A stretch of 64,000 bases of DNA from Methanobacteriota archaeon (GCA_021372315.1 JAJFUT010000065.1:1508-65507), one strand, 5' to 3'; positions 16,538 through 26,975 are shown, numbered from the stretch's first letter. Translations and numbers: made by a program. Notes: generated from the sequence alone by a model not told the origin.

Positions 16538-17002
16538 TCACATCATCCTTTGGATGAGGTCGTCGATCTTCACGCCGCGGTATCCGAGGGCGCCGCCGTT
16601 CTTGAACGAGTACTTGATCCCCTTGTATCCCTTGCGGGGCGGGGTAAGCCTGAACAATGGCTTGACGTCCTTCAGCTCGGTGTACCTTATCTCTCCCTTG
16701 TTGACCGCCTTGGCGAACGACAGGATCGAGGTGAACGAGCTGCCTGCCTTGACGATCTCGTCATCGATCGGCTTGTCGCCCACGAGCCTGCCCCTGAACT
16801 TTATCATGCGGGCGAGGGTCTCGTCAGAGACCTCTCCCCAGGTGACGTAGTCCTTTGCCTTGTTGAGCATGCCCTTCACCGAGTCGGTCTCAGGGAGGAC
16901 GACGCAGTGGTTGATGCGCGTCAGCGACATCAACTTCATCGTGTCCTCGATGTCCTGGTTGACACCGGAGTGCCCCCTGACCCTTATGATTGCATATGCC
17001 AT
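16538..17002 (-). CDS. rpl30: 50S ribosomal protein uL30
   Basis: MAYAIIRVRGHSGV N-terminus, size and operon position. Confidence 0.9.
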   Translation of the reverse strand: MAYAIIRVRGHSGVNQDIEDTMKLMSLTRINHCVVLPETDSVKGMLNKAKDYVTWGEVSDETLARMIKFRGRLVGDKPIDDEIVKAGSSFTSILSFAKAVNKGEIRYTELKDVKPLFRLTPPRKGYKGIKYSFKNGGALGYRGVKIDDLIQRMM

Positions 17003-17006
17003 AGGT

Positions 17007-17693
17007 TCACTCCTCCTTCTTTAGATCGGCCATAGGATTCTGTTCGGCTATGTGGACCATGACCGGTCCGGAGACGATCTTCAGCCTGCGCTCCTGCTCC
17101 TCGGTCACACGGAACGAGGAGGAGGCCTTCAGCGCGTTGAACGTCGCATAGGCGTAGTTGACGGTCGTCTTGGTGTGTCCGCCGACGAATCCCCAGCTGT
17201 CCTTGACACCCGCTAGGGTGAGGATGCTCTTGGCCACGTCTCCGACCGCGAGCGAGACGCCGCGCGGCGCGGGCTTGAGCGTCACTTCGACGCTTCCAGA
17301 CTTACCGGTCACTTCGAACGGCACGGAGTGCGGCGTTCCGCATCCGCATTCCCAGGAGCCGCAGCCGCGCTTGATCTCGATCATGTGCAGCTTCGCGTTG
17401 TCGATCGCCTTCCTGATGGAGGGACCGACCTCCTTGCCCTTCGCCCTGCCGATCCCGACGAACCCGTCGCCGTTCCCGACGACGACGGTGATACGGAACT
17501 TGACCCTCCTTCCGGAGTCTGTCATGCGCTGGACGATGTTGACGTCGATGACCTCGTCCTTGAGGTCCGGCAAGAGGATATCCACAATCTCAGGCTCCCT
17601 GATCGGCAACTTTGTGGCCAAAGCCTGGCTCATCGAGGTGATCTCTCCGTTGAGGACCATCCTTCCCAATCTGGTCTTCGGGCTCCAATCCAT
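17007..17693 (-). CDS. rps5: 30S ribosomal protein uS5
   Basis: Sequence similarity to S5 ([22 protein letters not shown]). The ATG at 17693 lies directly after the rpl18 stop. The ORF is open to 17744. Confidence 0.9.
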   Translation of the reverse strand: MDWSPKTRLGRMVLNGEITSMSQALATKLPIREPEIVDILLPDLKDEVIDVNIVQRMTDSGRRVKFRITVVVGNGDGFVGIGRAKGKEVGPSIRKAIDNAKLHMIEIKRGCGSWECGCGTPHSVPFEVTGKSGSVEVTLKPAPRGVSLAVGDVAKSILTLAGVKDSWGFVGGHTKTTVNYAYATFNALKASSSFRVTEEQERRLKIVSGPVMVHIAEQNPMADLKKEE

Positions 17694-17694
17694 C

Positions 17695-18195
17695 TCAGTC
17701 AGCCTCCATGCGGGTCTTGATATCGTTAACGAGTTTCGCGACATCGTCTCCGATGTGCTTGCCTACGAGCCTGTCCTGGGAGGGTATGACCTCTTCGCCG
17801 TGCGGGATGTCCACACCGGCGTCGACCATTCCCTTCAGGGCAGCGAAGACACATGATCCCTTCGCCGGCACCTTCAGTCCGATGTCCAAGACAGCGGAGT
17901 CGATGCCCTTGCCCTTCGCCCTCTTTCCGATCAGATAGCCGGTGAGGTAGGCGGCCGGAAGGTTTCCGCAGGCCTTGTCCCATCCCATCTCCGCTAGCTC
18001 GCGGGAGTGGGCGGTCACAAGGACCTTGTCGCCCTTCGGGTCGTAGTCTATGAGCTGAATGCTCACGTTCCTGAGGCTGACGCGCACGACCGCCCTCGGA
18101 ACGCGCGCACGGAGCAGCCTGGCTCTCTGCCTATAGTCGGTCCGGCCCTCGCGCCGGCGCCTGAACGGTACTTTGTATCTCGGTCCGGTTGCCAT
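17695..18195 (-). CDS. rpl18: 50S ribosomal protein uL18
   Basis: [19 protein letters not shown]-terminus and operon position. Confidence 0.9.
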   Translation of the reverse strand: MATGPRYKVPFRRRREGRTDYRQRARLLRARVPRAVVRVSLRNVSIQLIDYDPKGDKVLVTAHSRELAEMGWDKACGNLPAAYLTGYLIGKRAKGKGIDSAVLDIGLKVPAKGSCVFAALKGMVDAGVDIPHGEEVIPSQDRLVGKHIGDDVAKLVNDIKTRMEAD

Positions 18196-18650
18196 CAGAT
18201 TTCCTCCTTCAGGTGACCTTGCGTCCTCAGGTGCAGGAGAAGCTGGCGCTTGCTCCTGAACATTCCACCCTTGGCCTTCCTATAGAATAGCCGGTAGGTC
18301 GACCGGGAGATCTTGCCCTCTTCCTTCAGTTCGCGCAACGTCGCGCGGATCGGCCTGATGGTCTGGATCCATCTCTTCTTGGTCGGGGTACGCGCTCCGG
18401 CGGCACCCTTTCTGCTGCCCTGTCCACGCCTGCGGCCCTTGGCCCTCTGCGCCAGCTTGTACCTGGCGCGGCCACGGGAAACGCCCTTCTCGGGCTTTGC
18501 GCGGATGGACCCGGAATCAATGGCCTTCCTTATGTCAGCCCGGGTAATGGCGTCAGCGACGTCATCGATGCGGTTCGGGTCTATCCAGACCCTGCTGAAC
18601 CCGCAGCCGAGTATGTCAGCCGCCATGCGCTTCTGGTTCTTAAGATCCAT
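18195..18650 (-). CDS. rpl19e: 50S ribosomal protein eL19
   Basis: MDLKNQKRMAADILGCG N-terminus, basic C-terminal tail, operon position. Confidence 0.9.
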   Translation of the reverse strand: MDLKNQKRMAADILGCGFSRVWIDPNRIDDVADAITRADIRKAIDSGSIRAKPEKGVSRGRARYKLAQRAKGRRRGQGSRKGAAGARTPTKKRWIQTIRPIRATLRELKEEGKISRSTYRLFYRKAKGGMFRSKRQLLLHLRTQGHLKEEI

Positions 18651-18662
18651 ATGTTCACGTCC

Positions 18663-19331
18663 TTATCTGTTGAGTACGCGGACACCTATCTCGTCCGCCT
18701 TTGAAATTATGTCCTTCCTCTTCTTCGCGCCGACGGTGCCTCCGATCCTGGCGGCCTGCAGCTTGGCGTCCAATGCATCGAGCTGGGATGGGTTGAACAC
18801 CATGACCTCCTCGAATCCGGACGGATGCAGTCCACGGACCATCAATGGGCCGCGGAATCCGATCGAGACGATCGTGGGGCGGTAGCCATAGTGGCGGCGC
18901 ATCTTGCTGTGTATTCCGCGCGGCTTCCTCCACTTTCCCTCGAGCTTCTGGTAGCGGTGCCACTCCTGGCGTAGGAACGGTGGCCTCCTGTCGTTGATCT
19001 CGTCGCGGAGCTCGAGCATGGCCTTCATCTCCTTGGAGAGTTCCGGCTTGATCTTGGCGACGTATTCGCCCTCCTCGACGACCTCGGCTCCCTTTCCCTC
19101 CATCGCGGCGGGAGAGAATCCAGCGTCCTTGAGGACCTCTATCCAGTGGTCTGCGATCTTCTCGCCGACACCGTCGAGGTCATCGACGATCCTCTTCTTC
19201 ATCTTCTCGTCGTTCAAGGCATCTTGCAGCTGCTGGAGGTCCTCGATCTCCATGCCCTTCAGCTGCTCGGTGTACTCTTTCCTGTAATAGGGCAGGTCGG
19301 AAAGCTCTTTGACATCCTTCTTCCTAGCCAT
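18663..19331 (-). CDS. rpl32e: 50S ribosomal protein eL32 with ~90-aa N-terminal extension
   Basis: The C-terminal ~130 aa is L32e-like (FLRQEWHRYQKL ... KPRGIHSKMR). The N-terminal part is acidic and helical with an HhH-like DGVGEKIADH segment. Confidence 0.85.
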   Translation of the reverse strand: MARKKDVKELSDLPYYRKEYTEQLKGMEIEDLQQLQDALNDEKMKKRIVDDLDGVGEKIADHWIEVLKDAGFSPAAMEGKGAEVVEEGEYVAKIKPELSKEMKAMLELRDEINDRRPPFLRQEWHRYQKLEGKWRKPRGIHSKMRRHYGYRPTIVSIGFRGPLMVRGLHPSGFEEVMVFNPSQLDALDAKLQAARIGGTVGAKKRKDIISKADEIGVRVLNR

Positions 19332-19879
19332 TACTTAGCCCTCCTTGCCTTCTCGACGATGTAAATTCCATCCTGGAACACCCTTGGGTCGAAGTTCTTG
19401 ATCTTCGTGGCCCTCTCGATGTTCGCGGCGGACTGCGACACGGCCTCCAGGTCTATTCCAGAGACCAGCACTTCCGCACCCTTCACCACGACCTTGGTGT
19501 CGCCTATGATGTTGGCGGACCTGGCAGCCTTCTCCCCGAGGAAGTTCTCAATGATGAACTTGTTCCCCTTGGCGGCGGCCTTTATCGGGAAATGGGAGTA
19601 GACGACCTTCATCTCATACTCGAAACCGAGGGATACGCCCTCGATCATGTTCGAGATATGCGATGCGAAGGTTCCGACCATGGCCTTCTCCTTCACTCTC
19701 GGCATATCGCAACTGACGACGACGTGCTCCTTGTCCACCTTCACCTTGACGCTCATGTGGTCGAAGTCGCGTGTAAGGGATCCGTTCTTTCCCTTGACCG
19801 TCAACTTGGTGCCTGCCATGGTGACGTGGACGTCCTTCGGGACCTCAACCTTCTCTTCAACGTGTCCTGAAACTGTCAT
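19331..19879 (-). CDS. rpl6: 50S ribosomal protein uL6
   Basis: L6-like two-domain sequence. The ATG at 19879 lies downstream of the rps8 stop. The ORF is open to 19927. Confidence 0.9.
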   Translation of the reverse strand: MTVSGHVEEKVEVPKDVHVTMAGTKLTVKGKNGSLTRDFDHMSVKVKVDKEHVVVSCDMPRVKEKAMVGTFASHISNMIEGVSLGFEYEMKVVYSHFPIKAAAKGNKFIIENFLGEKAARSANIIGDTKVVVKGAEVLVSGIDLEAVSQSAANIERATKIKNFDPRVFQDGIYIVEKARRAK

Positions 19880-19889
19880 CCTATTCACC

Positions 19890-20279
19890 TCAGTAGACGT
19901 AGGCCAGCAGTTTTCCGCCGACCCCAAGCTCCTTCGCCTTCGCGTGACTGATCACGCCTGCGGTGGTGGAGACGATGATCACGCCGAAGTCCTGCGCGGG
20001 CAGGTATCTGGCCTCGAACCTCTCCAGGTCCACCTTCTTGACGGAGTAGCGCGGCTTAATGACGCCGCAGTTGTTGATCTTGCCTTCCATCTTCACTTTG
20101 AAGACTCCAGCTTTTCCATCCTCTACGAACTCGAACTGGTTGATGTAACCGTTCTCTTGCATGACCTTAAGGACACGCCCGATAAGCTTCGAGGAGGGCT
20201 TGATGATGCACTCGCTCTTGCCTACCACGGACGCGTTCTTGATCGTTGACATGGCATCGTTCAATGGGTCGCTCTGCAT
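19890..20279 (-). CDS. rps8: 30S ribosomal protein uS8
   Basis: [14 protein letters not shown]-terminus and operon position. Confidence 0.9.
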   Translation of the reverse strand: MQSDPLNDAMSTIKNASVVGKSECIIKPSSKLIGRVLKVMQENGYINQFEFVEDGKAGVFKVKMEGKINNCGVIKPRYSVKKVDLERFEARYLPAQDFGVIIVSTTAGVISHAKAKELGVGGKLLAYVY

Positions 20280-20288
20280 CTGCTCACC

Positions 20289-20435
20289 TCATGAATATTT
20301 CTTAAATCCGATCTGCGGAGCGATCTCGCGGAAGCACTGCCTGCACAAGTGCATGCCATACCTCCTGACTATGCCCCTCTTCCTACCGCAGCGCGTGCAG
20401 CCCTTTGACCGCCCGAACTGTTTCTTTGGCTTCAC
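20289..20435 (-). CDS. rps14: 30S ribosomal protein uS14 (zinc-binding short form, 48 aa)
   Basis: Not in the ORF track because it is shorter than 60 aa. My translation: (GTG)[47 protein letters not shown]. CxxC...CxxC motif present. The GTG overlaps the rpl5 stop (GTGA). Confidence 0.85.
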   Translation of the reverse strand: MKPKKQFGRSKGCTRCGRKRGIVRRYGMHLCRQCFREIAPQIGFKKYS

Positions 20436-20944
20436 TCGACCACCTCCACCTTGAACTTCTCTTTCATGAAGTTAGCCGCGTCCTGTCTGGACATACGGTG
20501 GCTCTTGGGGAGCTTCTTCTTCATGATCCTTCTGAGCGCGACCCTGCGACCAGGCCTCTCGATACAGACGCTGACGTCCATACCGAATATGCCGATCTCG
20601 GGGTCGTACTTCATGCCTGCAAAGTCAGTGTAATCGCTGATGCCGAAGGACAAGTTGCCCTCTGGGTCGAATGAATACATCTGGACCCTGTTCTCGCGGA
20701 TGGCGAGGGCCTTCACGAGGAAGGTCTCCGCCTTATCCTTGCGAAGGGTGACCATGCATCCGATGGGCATTCCCTCACGCACGCCGAGGTCCCTGTTGGT
20801 GACCTTGGCGATCGTGACCCTCGGCTTCTGACCGGTGACCATCTCGAGGACCTTCTGGGCCTTGACGAGCCTGTCACCCGCTTCGCCGACGCCGATGTTG
20901 ACGACGACCTTCTCCACGCGCGGCTGCCTCATGACGTCGCTCAT
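20432..20944 (-). CDS. rpl5: 50S ribosomal protein uL5
   Basis: L5-like sequence and operon position. Confidence 0.9.
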   Translation of the reverse strand: MSDVMRQPRVEKVVVNIGVGEAGDRLVKAQKVLEMVTGQKPRVTIAKVTNRDLGVREGMPIGCMVTLRKDKAETFLVKALAIRENRVQMYSFDPEGNLSFGISDYTDFAGMKYDPEIGIFGMDVSVCIERPGRRVALRRIMKKKLPKSHRMSRQDAANFMKEKFKVEVVE

Positions 20945-21651
20945 AATGCGCTCGCCTCCGGTAGCAGGACCTCAGGCGCCTTCATCCCGACGACGAAGAC
21001 GTTCTCCTTGATCGTAATAACACCGTCCTTCATCTTGACCAGGTTCGGGGCCGAGGACCTCTGTACGATGTATTCCTCGATGACCCCGATCTCTCCAGCG
21101 TGGCTTCCTCCTAGGATCAGCGCCACGTTGCCCTTCGCAAGCTTGTAGGTGTCCAAGATCTTCTGGGACGGCAGCTCCATCTTGATGACGTCTCCACACT
21201 TCCAGGAGTCCTTCTCAACGATGAGGGACCTTCCGTCGTTCAGGTTCAGCTGGACCTTTCCTCCGGAGAGTATGGTCTTGCCGTCGATGCGGCACAGCTT
21301 CCACTTCTCCCTTCCCTCGGTCAGAGGGACGAGGCGGAACTTGCCTTTCCTGTCCAACATCATCCTGTAGCTCTGGTTCATCTTCGGTATGGACACGACG
21401 TCCATCAGACCGACGGCGAACCTTTCCTCTGTCACGATCCTCCCGTCCACAAGTATCTCGCGGCCGGACAGGATCTTCTTCCCTTCGGCGTACGTGTCGC
21501 AGATGTGCAACATGTCACGTATGATGACCATCAATGACATGCTCGTCTGCTTGTCGTGCGCACCTGGGTTTGTTCCCGTGATCCAAATCGTCTTCTTACG
21601 GGGAATTGCCCAGGTCTTCGGGGCCGTCAATCTCTTCATGTCGCTGCTCAT
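20941..21651 (-). CDS. rps4e: 30S ribosomal protein eS4
   Basis: MKRLTAPKTW motif with S4e-like KOW region. The ATG at 21651 overlaps the rpl24 stop (ATGA). The ORF is open to 21690. Confidence 0.9.
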   Translation of the reverse strand: MSSDMKRLTAPKTWAIPRKKTIWITGTNPGAHDKQTSMSLMVIIRDMLHICDTYAEGKKILSGREILVDGRIVTEERFAVGLMDVVSIPKMNQSYRMMLDRKGKFRLVPLTEGREKWKLCRIDGKTILSGGKVQLNLNDGRSLIVEKDSWKCGDVIKMELPSQKILDTYKLAKGNVALILGGSHAGEIGVIEEYIVQRSSAPNLVKMKDGVITIKENVFVVGMKAPEVLLPEASAL

Positions 21652-22022
21652 GCAGAAACCTCCTTCTTCTGGAGCCTGCTCTTGCGCCATGCGTCCTTGG
21701 TCTCGAGCTTGACGATGACCAAATTGGACGCGTGGATCGCGCGGGCCTCCATCGTACCGTCTGCCTTGGCGATCGTCACTCCTTCGATGTAGACGCGTCC
21801 CGATCCGAGGTCAAGGTCCGTTACCTTTCCCTCGAGACCAACGATATCCTCGTCTCCGCGTACTACCTTGACGGTGTCGCCCCTGACGACCCTGGCCGAG
21901 CGGCGTTTGTACTCCTTCATCAATTCGTCGCTGAGGTGCGATGCTACCATCCTGCTCTTCAAGTGGGTTGGAGCATTGTATTGCGCCTTGCGTTGCTTCC
22001 TAGCCTGTGCGCTCTTTACCAT
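21648..22022 (-). CDS. rpl24: 50S ribosomal protein uL24
   Basis: KOW motif (VRVVRGD..G..GKV) and operon position. Confidence 0.9.
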   Translation of the reverse strand: MVKSAQARKQRKAQYNAPTHLKSRMVASHLSDELMKEYKRRSARVVRGDTVKVVRGDEDIVGLEGKVTDLDLGSGRVYIEGVTIAKADGTMEARAIHASNLVIVKLETKDAWRKSRLQKKEVSA

Positions 22023-22031
22023 TTTCTCACC

Positions 22032-22436
22032 TCAGATGATCGTGGATGCTGTCGCTGCTATGCGCGGCCACCTTTCGGCTGCCTCGCGTGCGACCGCTCC
22101 CTTGATATCGCTTCCCTTGGTCTCGCCCTCTTCCGTCGTGATGACGGCGGCGTTGTCCTCGAAGACGACCATCGTACCGTCAGCGCGGCGGAAGGGACGC
22201 TTCTGCCTAACGATGACCGCGTAGACGACCTGTCTCCTCATCTCGGGGGTACCCTTCTTAACCGATGCGACGACGATGTCCCCGATCGCTGCACTTGGGT
22301 AGCGGCGGGTCACACCGTGAAAGCCTGGAACCGCGATGACACCGATGGTCTTCGCGCCCGTGTTATCGATAACGTTAAGCACGGTGCCGGTGCAGATTCC
22401 CTTTGTCTGTTTGCCAGCCAATCCTTTCACGATCAT
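22032..22436 (-). CDS. rpl14: 50S ribosomal protein uL14
   Basis: L14-like sequence, 134 aa from the ATG at 22436, which overlaps the rps17 stop (ATGA). The ORF is open to 22487. Confidence 0.9.
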   Translation of the reverse strand: MIVKGLAGKQTKGICTGTVLNVIDNTGAKTIGVIAVPGFHGVTRRYPSAAIGDIVVASVKKGTPEMRRQVVYAVIVRQKRPFRRADGTMVVFEDNAAVITTEEGETKGSDIKGAVAREAAERWPRIAATASTII

Positions 22437-22765
22437 CACCTCTTCTCGATTATGACGAACGATACGGTCTTGCTGATCGGCCTGCACTCCGCGATGCGAA
22501 CCTCGTCGCCTACCTTGACCTCAAGGCATGGCGGCGAGTGCACGGAATACCGGCTCGAGCGCTTCTCGTACCTTTCGTACTTCTGGTCGTACTTCAGGTA
22601 ATTCTTCTCTACGACGGCCGACTTGTCCATCTTCACGGACACGACGATTCCGTCGATGACCTGACCCCTTACGGACAGCTCCCCGTGGAAGGGGCAGTGC
22701 TTGTCCTCGCAGGTTGCCTGCGGGGCCTTTACATCAATGCCAATGTCTTTGACCTCACCATTCAT
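22436..22765 (-). CDS. rps17: 30S ribosomal protein uS17
   Basis: CPFHGELSVRGQ motif and operon position. Confidence 0.9.
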   Translation of the reverse strand: MNGEVKDIGIDVKAPQATCEDKHCPFHGELSVRGQVIDGIVVSVKMDKSAVVEKNYLKYDQKYERYEKRSSRYSVHSPPCLEVKVGDEVRIAECRPISKTVSFVIIEKR

Positions 22766-22769
22766 AAGA

Positions 22770-23030
22770 TCACCTTATCTTCTTGACCCGATCCTCTGGT
22801 CTGTGCTGGATCTCCGATCCTTTGATCCGAATCTGTTTGCCCACATATGTGAACTGAAACTCGTTCCCTGGTTTGGGGACCATGCGCTCCTTGCCTCCGG
22901 AACATATCGTGAACGTGTTCTTCGTCTCGTCCACCACGGTTCCCTTCATGAGGTAACCCTGGTGGCCCGAAGCCACGACCTCGATCTCCGTTCCGATGAA
23001 TTCGCGTCTCATGTGATCCCTTCTGTCCAT
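22770..23030 (-). CDS. rnp1: RNase P protein component 1 (Rpp29/Pop4)
   Basis: 86 aa. REFIGTEIEVVAS...GTVVDETKNTF Sm-like core. Conserved position between rpl29/sui1 and rps17. Confidence 0.8.
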   Translation of the reverse strand: MDRRDHMRREFIGTEIEVVASGHQGYLMKGTVVDETKNTFTICSGGKERMVPKPGNEFQFTYVGKQIRIKGSEIQHRPEDRVKKIR

Positions 23031-23036
23031 GGGTCC

Positions 23037-23336
23037 TCATCTGACCTCGGTCTTGAACCCCATGTACTCCAGGAATTCCTTGACCTTCTTCTTGTGGTCG
23101 CCCTGGAGTTCGATCTTGTTGTCCTTTGCTGTGCCCCCGGCCGCACATTTGTTCTTCAGTTTTTTGGCCAGGTCATCTAGGTCGATATCGTTGGAGTCAA
23201 TTCCTTCGATCACAGTGACGACTTTACCGTAGCGTCGGCTGTCGGTGTAGATCTTGACAGACTGCTGTTCACGTGCGATCTCTTCGCACATGCACAGTTC
23301 CTTTGGTAGTCCACACACGGAGCAGATCTCAGCCAT
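23037..23336 (-). CDS. sui1: translation initiation factor aSUI1 (eIF1 homolog)
   Basis: N-terminal CxxC..CxC knuckle, SUI1 fold sequence (GKVVTVIEG...[14 protein letters not shown]). Confidence 0.85.
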   Translation of the reverse strand: MAEICSVCGLPKELCMCEEIAREQQSVKIYTDSRRYGKVVTVIEGIDSNDIDLDDLAKKLKNKCAAGGTAKDNKIELQGDHKKKVKEFLEYMGFKTEVR

Positions 23337-23536
23337 TACTTCCCTTCCTCCTTCTGGATGGTGAGGATTCGGGCGATGTTTGTCCGGATCGCCCTAATCT
23401 TACCAGGGCTTGCAGGTGCGCCACCCATTGCGGCTGCACCGCGCTCGTGCATGAGCTCGTCCTTCAGCTCTTTCAGCTTTGCTGTACGGTCCTCGGGGCT
23501 CATGTCACGGATCTCTGCGGTCCTCATCAAAGCCAT
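23336..23536 (-). CDS. rpl29: 50S ribosomal protein uL29
   Basis: 66 aa, [13 protein letters not shown] motif, operon position. Confidence 0.9.
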   Translation of the reverse strand: MALMRTAEIRDMSPEDRTAKLKELKDELMHERGAAAMGGAPASPGKIRAIRTNIARILTIQKEEGK

Positions 23537-24270
23537 TAGATTGACACCTCCCTGGTGTCTGGCTTGCCCACGTCGGCCTCGACCGGTTCAGGGTCGTGGA
23601 CGGCGATGGCGTCTGGGATGTCGTTCTTCGGGATCAGCTGCTCGATCATGTCCGGAAGGGCTAGCTTCGCCTGTTCGAGTCCGAGGACGTCTATCTCCGC
23701 CGGCAGCCTCGCATCAGGGTCCATTATCTCGACCTTGACACCCACTACACCTGGCTTGAGCTTCGCGACGGCGAAACCGGTCCTGATGAACTTCAGGCGG
23801 GAGTCGCCGCAGTACTTTATGTACCCTTCCTTGAACTTCTCAGTGCGGTGCCTCTCTCCAGTCAGTTTTCCAGACAGGATGATAAGGCATCCCCTTGCAC
23901 CATTGTCCATGATCCTGCGTACGGTGGAATGTCCCGCGCGGCGGAAGTGCCACCCGCGCTCAAGAGCGAAGGCGAGCTTCTCTGCCATGATCTGAGCGTT
24001 CAGGTTGGGGTTGTCCACTTCCTGAACCTCGATCTGCGGGTTGTCGTACTTGAAATTGTCCTCGATCGCCTTGGTCAGCGTCTTGATAGCTGATCCGCGG
24101 CGTCCGATGACGATCCCCGGCCTCTCGGTGATCAGGGTGACCCTGGTTCCCATGGGCGTGCGCTGCACGTCCACTCCGCCAAAGCCTGCCCTGTCTATCG
24201 TCTTCATAAGGTACTCCTTGAGGAGCGTCCTTCTGATGTTCTCGGCTATGAACTTACGCTCGCTTGCCAT
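23536..24270 (-). CDS. rps3: 30S ribosomal protein uS3
   Basis: KH domain (TLITERPGIVIGRRGS) and S3 C-terminal domain. Confidence 0.9.
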   Translation of the reverse strand: MASERKFIAENIRRTLLKEYLMKTIDRAGFGGVDVQRTPMGTRVTLITERPGIVIGRRGSAIKTLTKAIEDNFKYDNPQIEVQEVDNPNLNAQIMAEKLAFALERGWHFRRAGHSTVRRIMDNGARGCLIILSGKLTGERHRTEKFKEGYIKYCGDSRLKFIRTGFAVAKLKPGVVGVKVEIMDPDARLPAEIDVLGLEQAKLALPDMIEQLIPKNDIPDAIAVHDPEPVEADVGKPDTREVSI

Positions 24271-24735
24271 TTACTTCATCTCCTCAAGGATGACCTCGAT
24301 GTTCACGGTCTGCTGGTTCCACTGGGTGCTGCGACCATGTGCACGAGGCATGTATCCTGGGATCGTCCTGCCCAGATGGGCTGCGACGACCTTCACGCGC
24401 ATGTTCTCAGCGTCCAAGCCCTTGTACTCGGCGTTCTGCTTGGCGCTCTCGATCACCTTGATGATCGCCTTCGCGGCCTTGACCGGGAACCTTCCCGGGC
24501 CAACGCCGGTCTTGTGGGCGACACCGATGTTATAGCGTTTGATAGGGACGGGCCTCTTCAGCTCCGTCACCTCGCCTAGCATCTTCAAGGCTACATCGAC
24601 CTTCTTTCCCATTACCATCCTGCATACCTCACGGGAGAACTTCGGGGATATTGGGAACTCCTTGCCGATTGCGCGAGCGGTCGTGTCCGGATCAGCTTCT
24701 TGTGTGTATCCAACCATGTCCAGATCACCTCTCAC
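24271..24735 (-). CDS. rpl22: 50S ribosomal protein uL22
   Basis: L22-like sequence and operon position. Confidence 0.9.
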   Translation of the reverse strand: MRGDLDMVGYTQEADPDTTARAIGKEFPISPKFSREVCRMVMGKKVDVALKMLGEVTELKRPVPIKRYNIGVAHKTGVGPGRFPVKAAKAIIKVIESAKQNAEYKGLDAENMRVKVVAAHLGRTIPGYMPRAHGRSTQWNQQTVNIEVILEEMK

Positions 24736-25193
24736 CTCAACGGCAGGAACTTCGAGGACCTGGTCGCACCGACACCTGGACCGGAGTGCTTCACGGTACC
24801 GCGGGTCTGGCTGAACTCACCCAGATAGTGCCCGATCATCTCGGGCCTGATCTCGACTTCCTTGAACTCCTTTCCGTTATACACAGCTACCTTGCGGCCG
24901 ACGAACTCGGGGACGATCGGGATGTCGCGGCGGTGCGTGCGCACCGACTCGTACTTCCCGGACTTGATCTTGTCAAATACCGTCTTCTGCTCGTCGTTGA
25001 ATCCGCGGGTAAAGGTCCTCCTTATCCTGGAAGGCATGAGCTCCAGGACCTCCTCGAACGGCATCTCCTGGAGCTGCTCCATGGTGAAGCCTCGGTAGGT
25101 GAATTCCTTCTTCCTCCTAGCCGTGATGGCGGTCTTCTTCTTCCTCTGCTTTCTGCGAGAGGATTTCGTACCAGTCAACTTTTCATCTGCCAT
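24732..25193 (-). CDS. rps19: 30S ribosomal protein uS19
   Basis: GKEFKEVEIRPEMIGHYLGEFSQTR motif and operon position. Confidence 0.9.
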   Translation of the reverse strand: MADEKLTGTKSSRRKQRKKKTAITARRKKEFTYRGFTMEQLQEMPFEEVLELMPSRIRRTFTRGFNDEQKTVFDKIKSGKYESVRTHRRDIPIVPEFVGRKVAVYNGKEFKEVEIRPEMIGHYLGEFSQTRGTVKHSGPGVGATRSSKFLPLR

Positions 25194-25199
25194 CTACTT

Positions 25200-25907
25200 T
25201 CACCTCTTGCCTTTCTTTTTCTTCTGCGGTGAGAGACGTCCTACCTTACGTCCTGGTGGAGCGTTCCTCGAAACAGTGCTCGGTTTACCGACATGTGGGT
25301 GACCTCCACCGCCATGTGGGTGGTCAACCGGGTTCATTGCAATGCCCTTGACCTTGAAGTACGCCTTGCTGCGGCTGCGATATGCATGGAACTTGTTCCC
25401 TGCCTTACCGAAGGGCTTGTCGATATGTCCTCCGCCAGCGACTATGCCGACGACCGCGCGGCACCTTGGGTCGAACGACTTGAAGGCTCCCGAAGGCATC
25501 TGCATGACGACCTTCTCGCCCTTTGTCACGATCAACGCTGAGGTCCCTGCGGCCTTCACGTACTTGCCGCCGTCTCCCGGCCTTCCCTCGATGCTGAACA
25601 CCAAGGTACCTTCTGGAACTGCGGAAAGGGGCACGACGTTGCCCGCTTCGATCTTTCCGGCCCCATCAACGGATATGTCCTGACCGACCATGATACCCTC
25701 GGCGGCCAACATGATGATGGACTCGCCGGCGAAGTCGACCTTCGCCACTGGGCACAGCCTGCCCGGAGCATGCATGATATCGACGATCTTGCCGCCCTTC
25801 ATGGTGTTTTGCGGGAGCTTCACGTCGCCAACGTGTCTGTGGCTTGGCGAGCGGTACGTTTGGCTGGTGCCGCGGCCACGCCTCTGCTGTCTTAGATTCT
25901 TACCCAT
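25200..25907 (-). CDS. rpl2: 50S ribosomal protein uL2
   Basis: MNPVDHPHGGGGHPHVGKP motif. The ATG at 25907 lies downstream of the rpl23 stop. The ORF is open to 25931. Confidence 0.9.
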   Translation of the reverse strand: MGKNLRQQRRGRGTSQTYRSPSHRHVGDVKLPQNTMKGGKIVDIMHAPGRLCPVAKVDFAGESIIMLAAEGIMVGQDISVDGAGKIEAGNVVPLSAVPEGTLVFSIEGRPGDGGKYVKAAGTSALIVTKGEKVVMQMPSGAFKSFDPRCRAVVGIVAGGGHIDKPFGKAGNKFHAYRSRSKAYFKVKGIAMNPVDHPHGGGGHPHVGKPSTVSRNAPPGRKVGRLSPQKKKKGKR

Positions 25908-25917
25908 GTCACTCCCC

Positions 25918-26205
25918 TCAGAACACTCCAACCCTCATTCCGATATCCTCGGCAGAGTGGCCTTCCGCCAGCTTTATGATGGCGTGCTTGCCGTCCCTGG
26001 CCGTCTTCGTGTTGACGCAAACTACCTTCACCTGGAACTTCTCCTCGAAGGCCTTCTTGATCTGCGCCTTGGTGGCCATCCTGTCGACGATGAACTCCAG
26101 CTTGTTGCCGTCCTTGTAGTCCTGGGACGGGGTGCCTGTCATGTAGTTCATGGTCTTCTCAGTTACGAACGGGTGCAAAAGAACGTCCTTTGCCATTATC
26201 ACCAC
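25918..26205 (-). CDS. rpl23: 50S ribosomal protein uL23
   Basis: LHPFVTEKTMN motif and operon position. Alternative start at 26196. Confidence 0.9.
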   Translation of the reverse strand: MVIMAKDVLLHPFVTEKTMNYMTGTPSQDYKDGNKLEFIVDRMATKAQIKKAFEEKFQVKVVCVNTKTARDGKHAIIKLAEGHSAEDIGMRVGVF

Positions 26206-26975
26206 TCTCCTATCTTCTTGATCGCGGACTCGGAGAACACGGTGAGCCTTCCCGGGTCTCCGCCCGGCGCCAGCACTCCTGCGTTCAGCTTGTCAGCGTA
26301 TACGACCTCGACCCCTGCCAGGTTCTTAGCGCCTGTGAATAGGTCGGCCTTCTCATTGGAGACGACGATAAGCAGGCCGCGCGGGGAACGGTACTTGCGG
26401 GAACGCATCTTTCCGCGTCCCGGGCGCACCTTCTTTCCGTCCTTCGCCCTGTCGACATCGGCGTCAAGCCCAATGCTGATCAGTACGTCCAACACATCGG
26501 AGGTGGTCTTCAGGGACTCGATGTTGTCCTCGACCACTACCGGCAGGGTGACCGCATCGTCGAACTGGTGGCCGCGGTTCTTCACCACGACGACGTTCGA
26601 GACCGCGGCGAGCGCCGACAGCCTTGCGAGGGTCCTCTCCTTCTGGTTGCACTTCTTAGACCAGTCCTTCTCGGCCATCGGCGGGAACGCCCTGCGTCCT
26701 CCGATGTTGTTCGGGGACTCAACGGCCTTCGCTCCCTGCGTCTGTCTCTGGACCCTTGCGACACCACGGCCCTTGCCCCAGGTCGACGCCGCATGGCGGA
26801 TTCCCGCTCCCGGCTTCGATCCGTATGGCTGCCTCTTGTTCGCTTCCTCGGCGACAACCGCACGGTGTATCACATCGGGGCGGAGCGCGGTGTTGAATAC
26901 GCCCGGCAGCTCCATCGTCTTGACGACGGTCCCGTCTAGTGAGTAAACGTTGATATTGCCCTTCTTGTCAGACAT
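26199..26975 (-). CDS. rpl4: 50S ribosomal protein uL4
   Basis: L4-like sequence (STWGKGRGVARVQR) and operon position. Confidence 0.9.
   Translation of the reverse strand: MSDKKGNINVYSLDGTVVKTMELPGVFNTALRPDVIHRAVVAEEANKRQPYGSKPGAGIRHAASTWGKGRGVARVQRQTQGAKAVESPNNIGGRRAFPPMAEKDWSKKCNQKERTLARLSALAAVSNVVVVKNRGHQFDDAVTLPVVVEDNIESLKTTSDVLDVLISIGLDADVDRAKDGKKVRPGRGKMRSRKYRSPRGLLIVVSNEKADLFTGAKNLAGVEVVYADKLNAGVLAPGGDPGRLTVFSESAIKKIGEW

Noticed and set aside
21606-22601. 331-aa plus-strand ORF inside the ribosomal protein operon
   Set aside because: It is antisense to rps4e, rpl24, rpl14 and rps17. The same reasoning applies to the other long antisense ORFs:
- 4205-5137
- 9220-10191
- 10254-11066
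- 37665-38561
- 49033-49908
- 52028-52888
- 55989-56915
- 57588-58406
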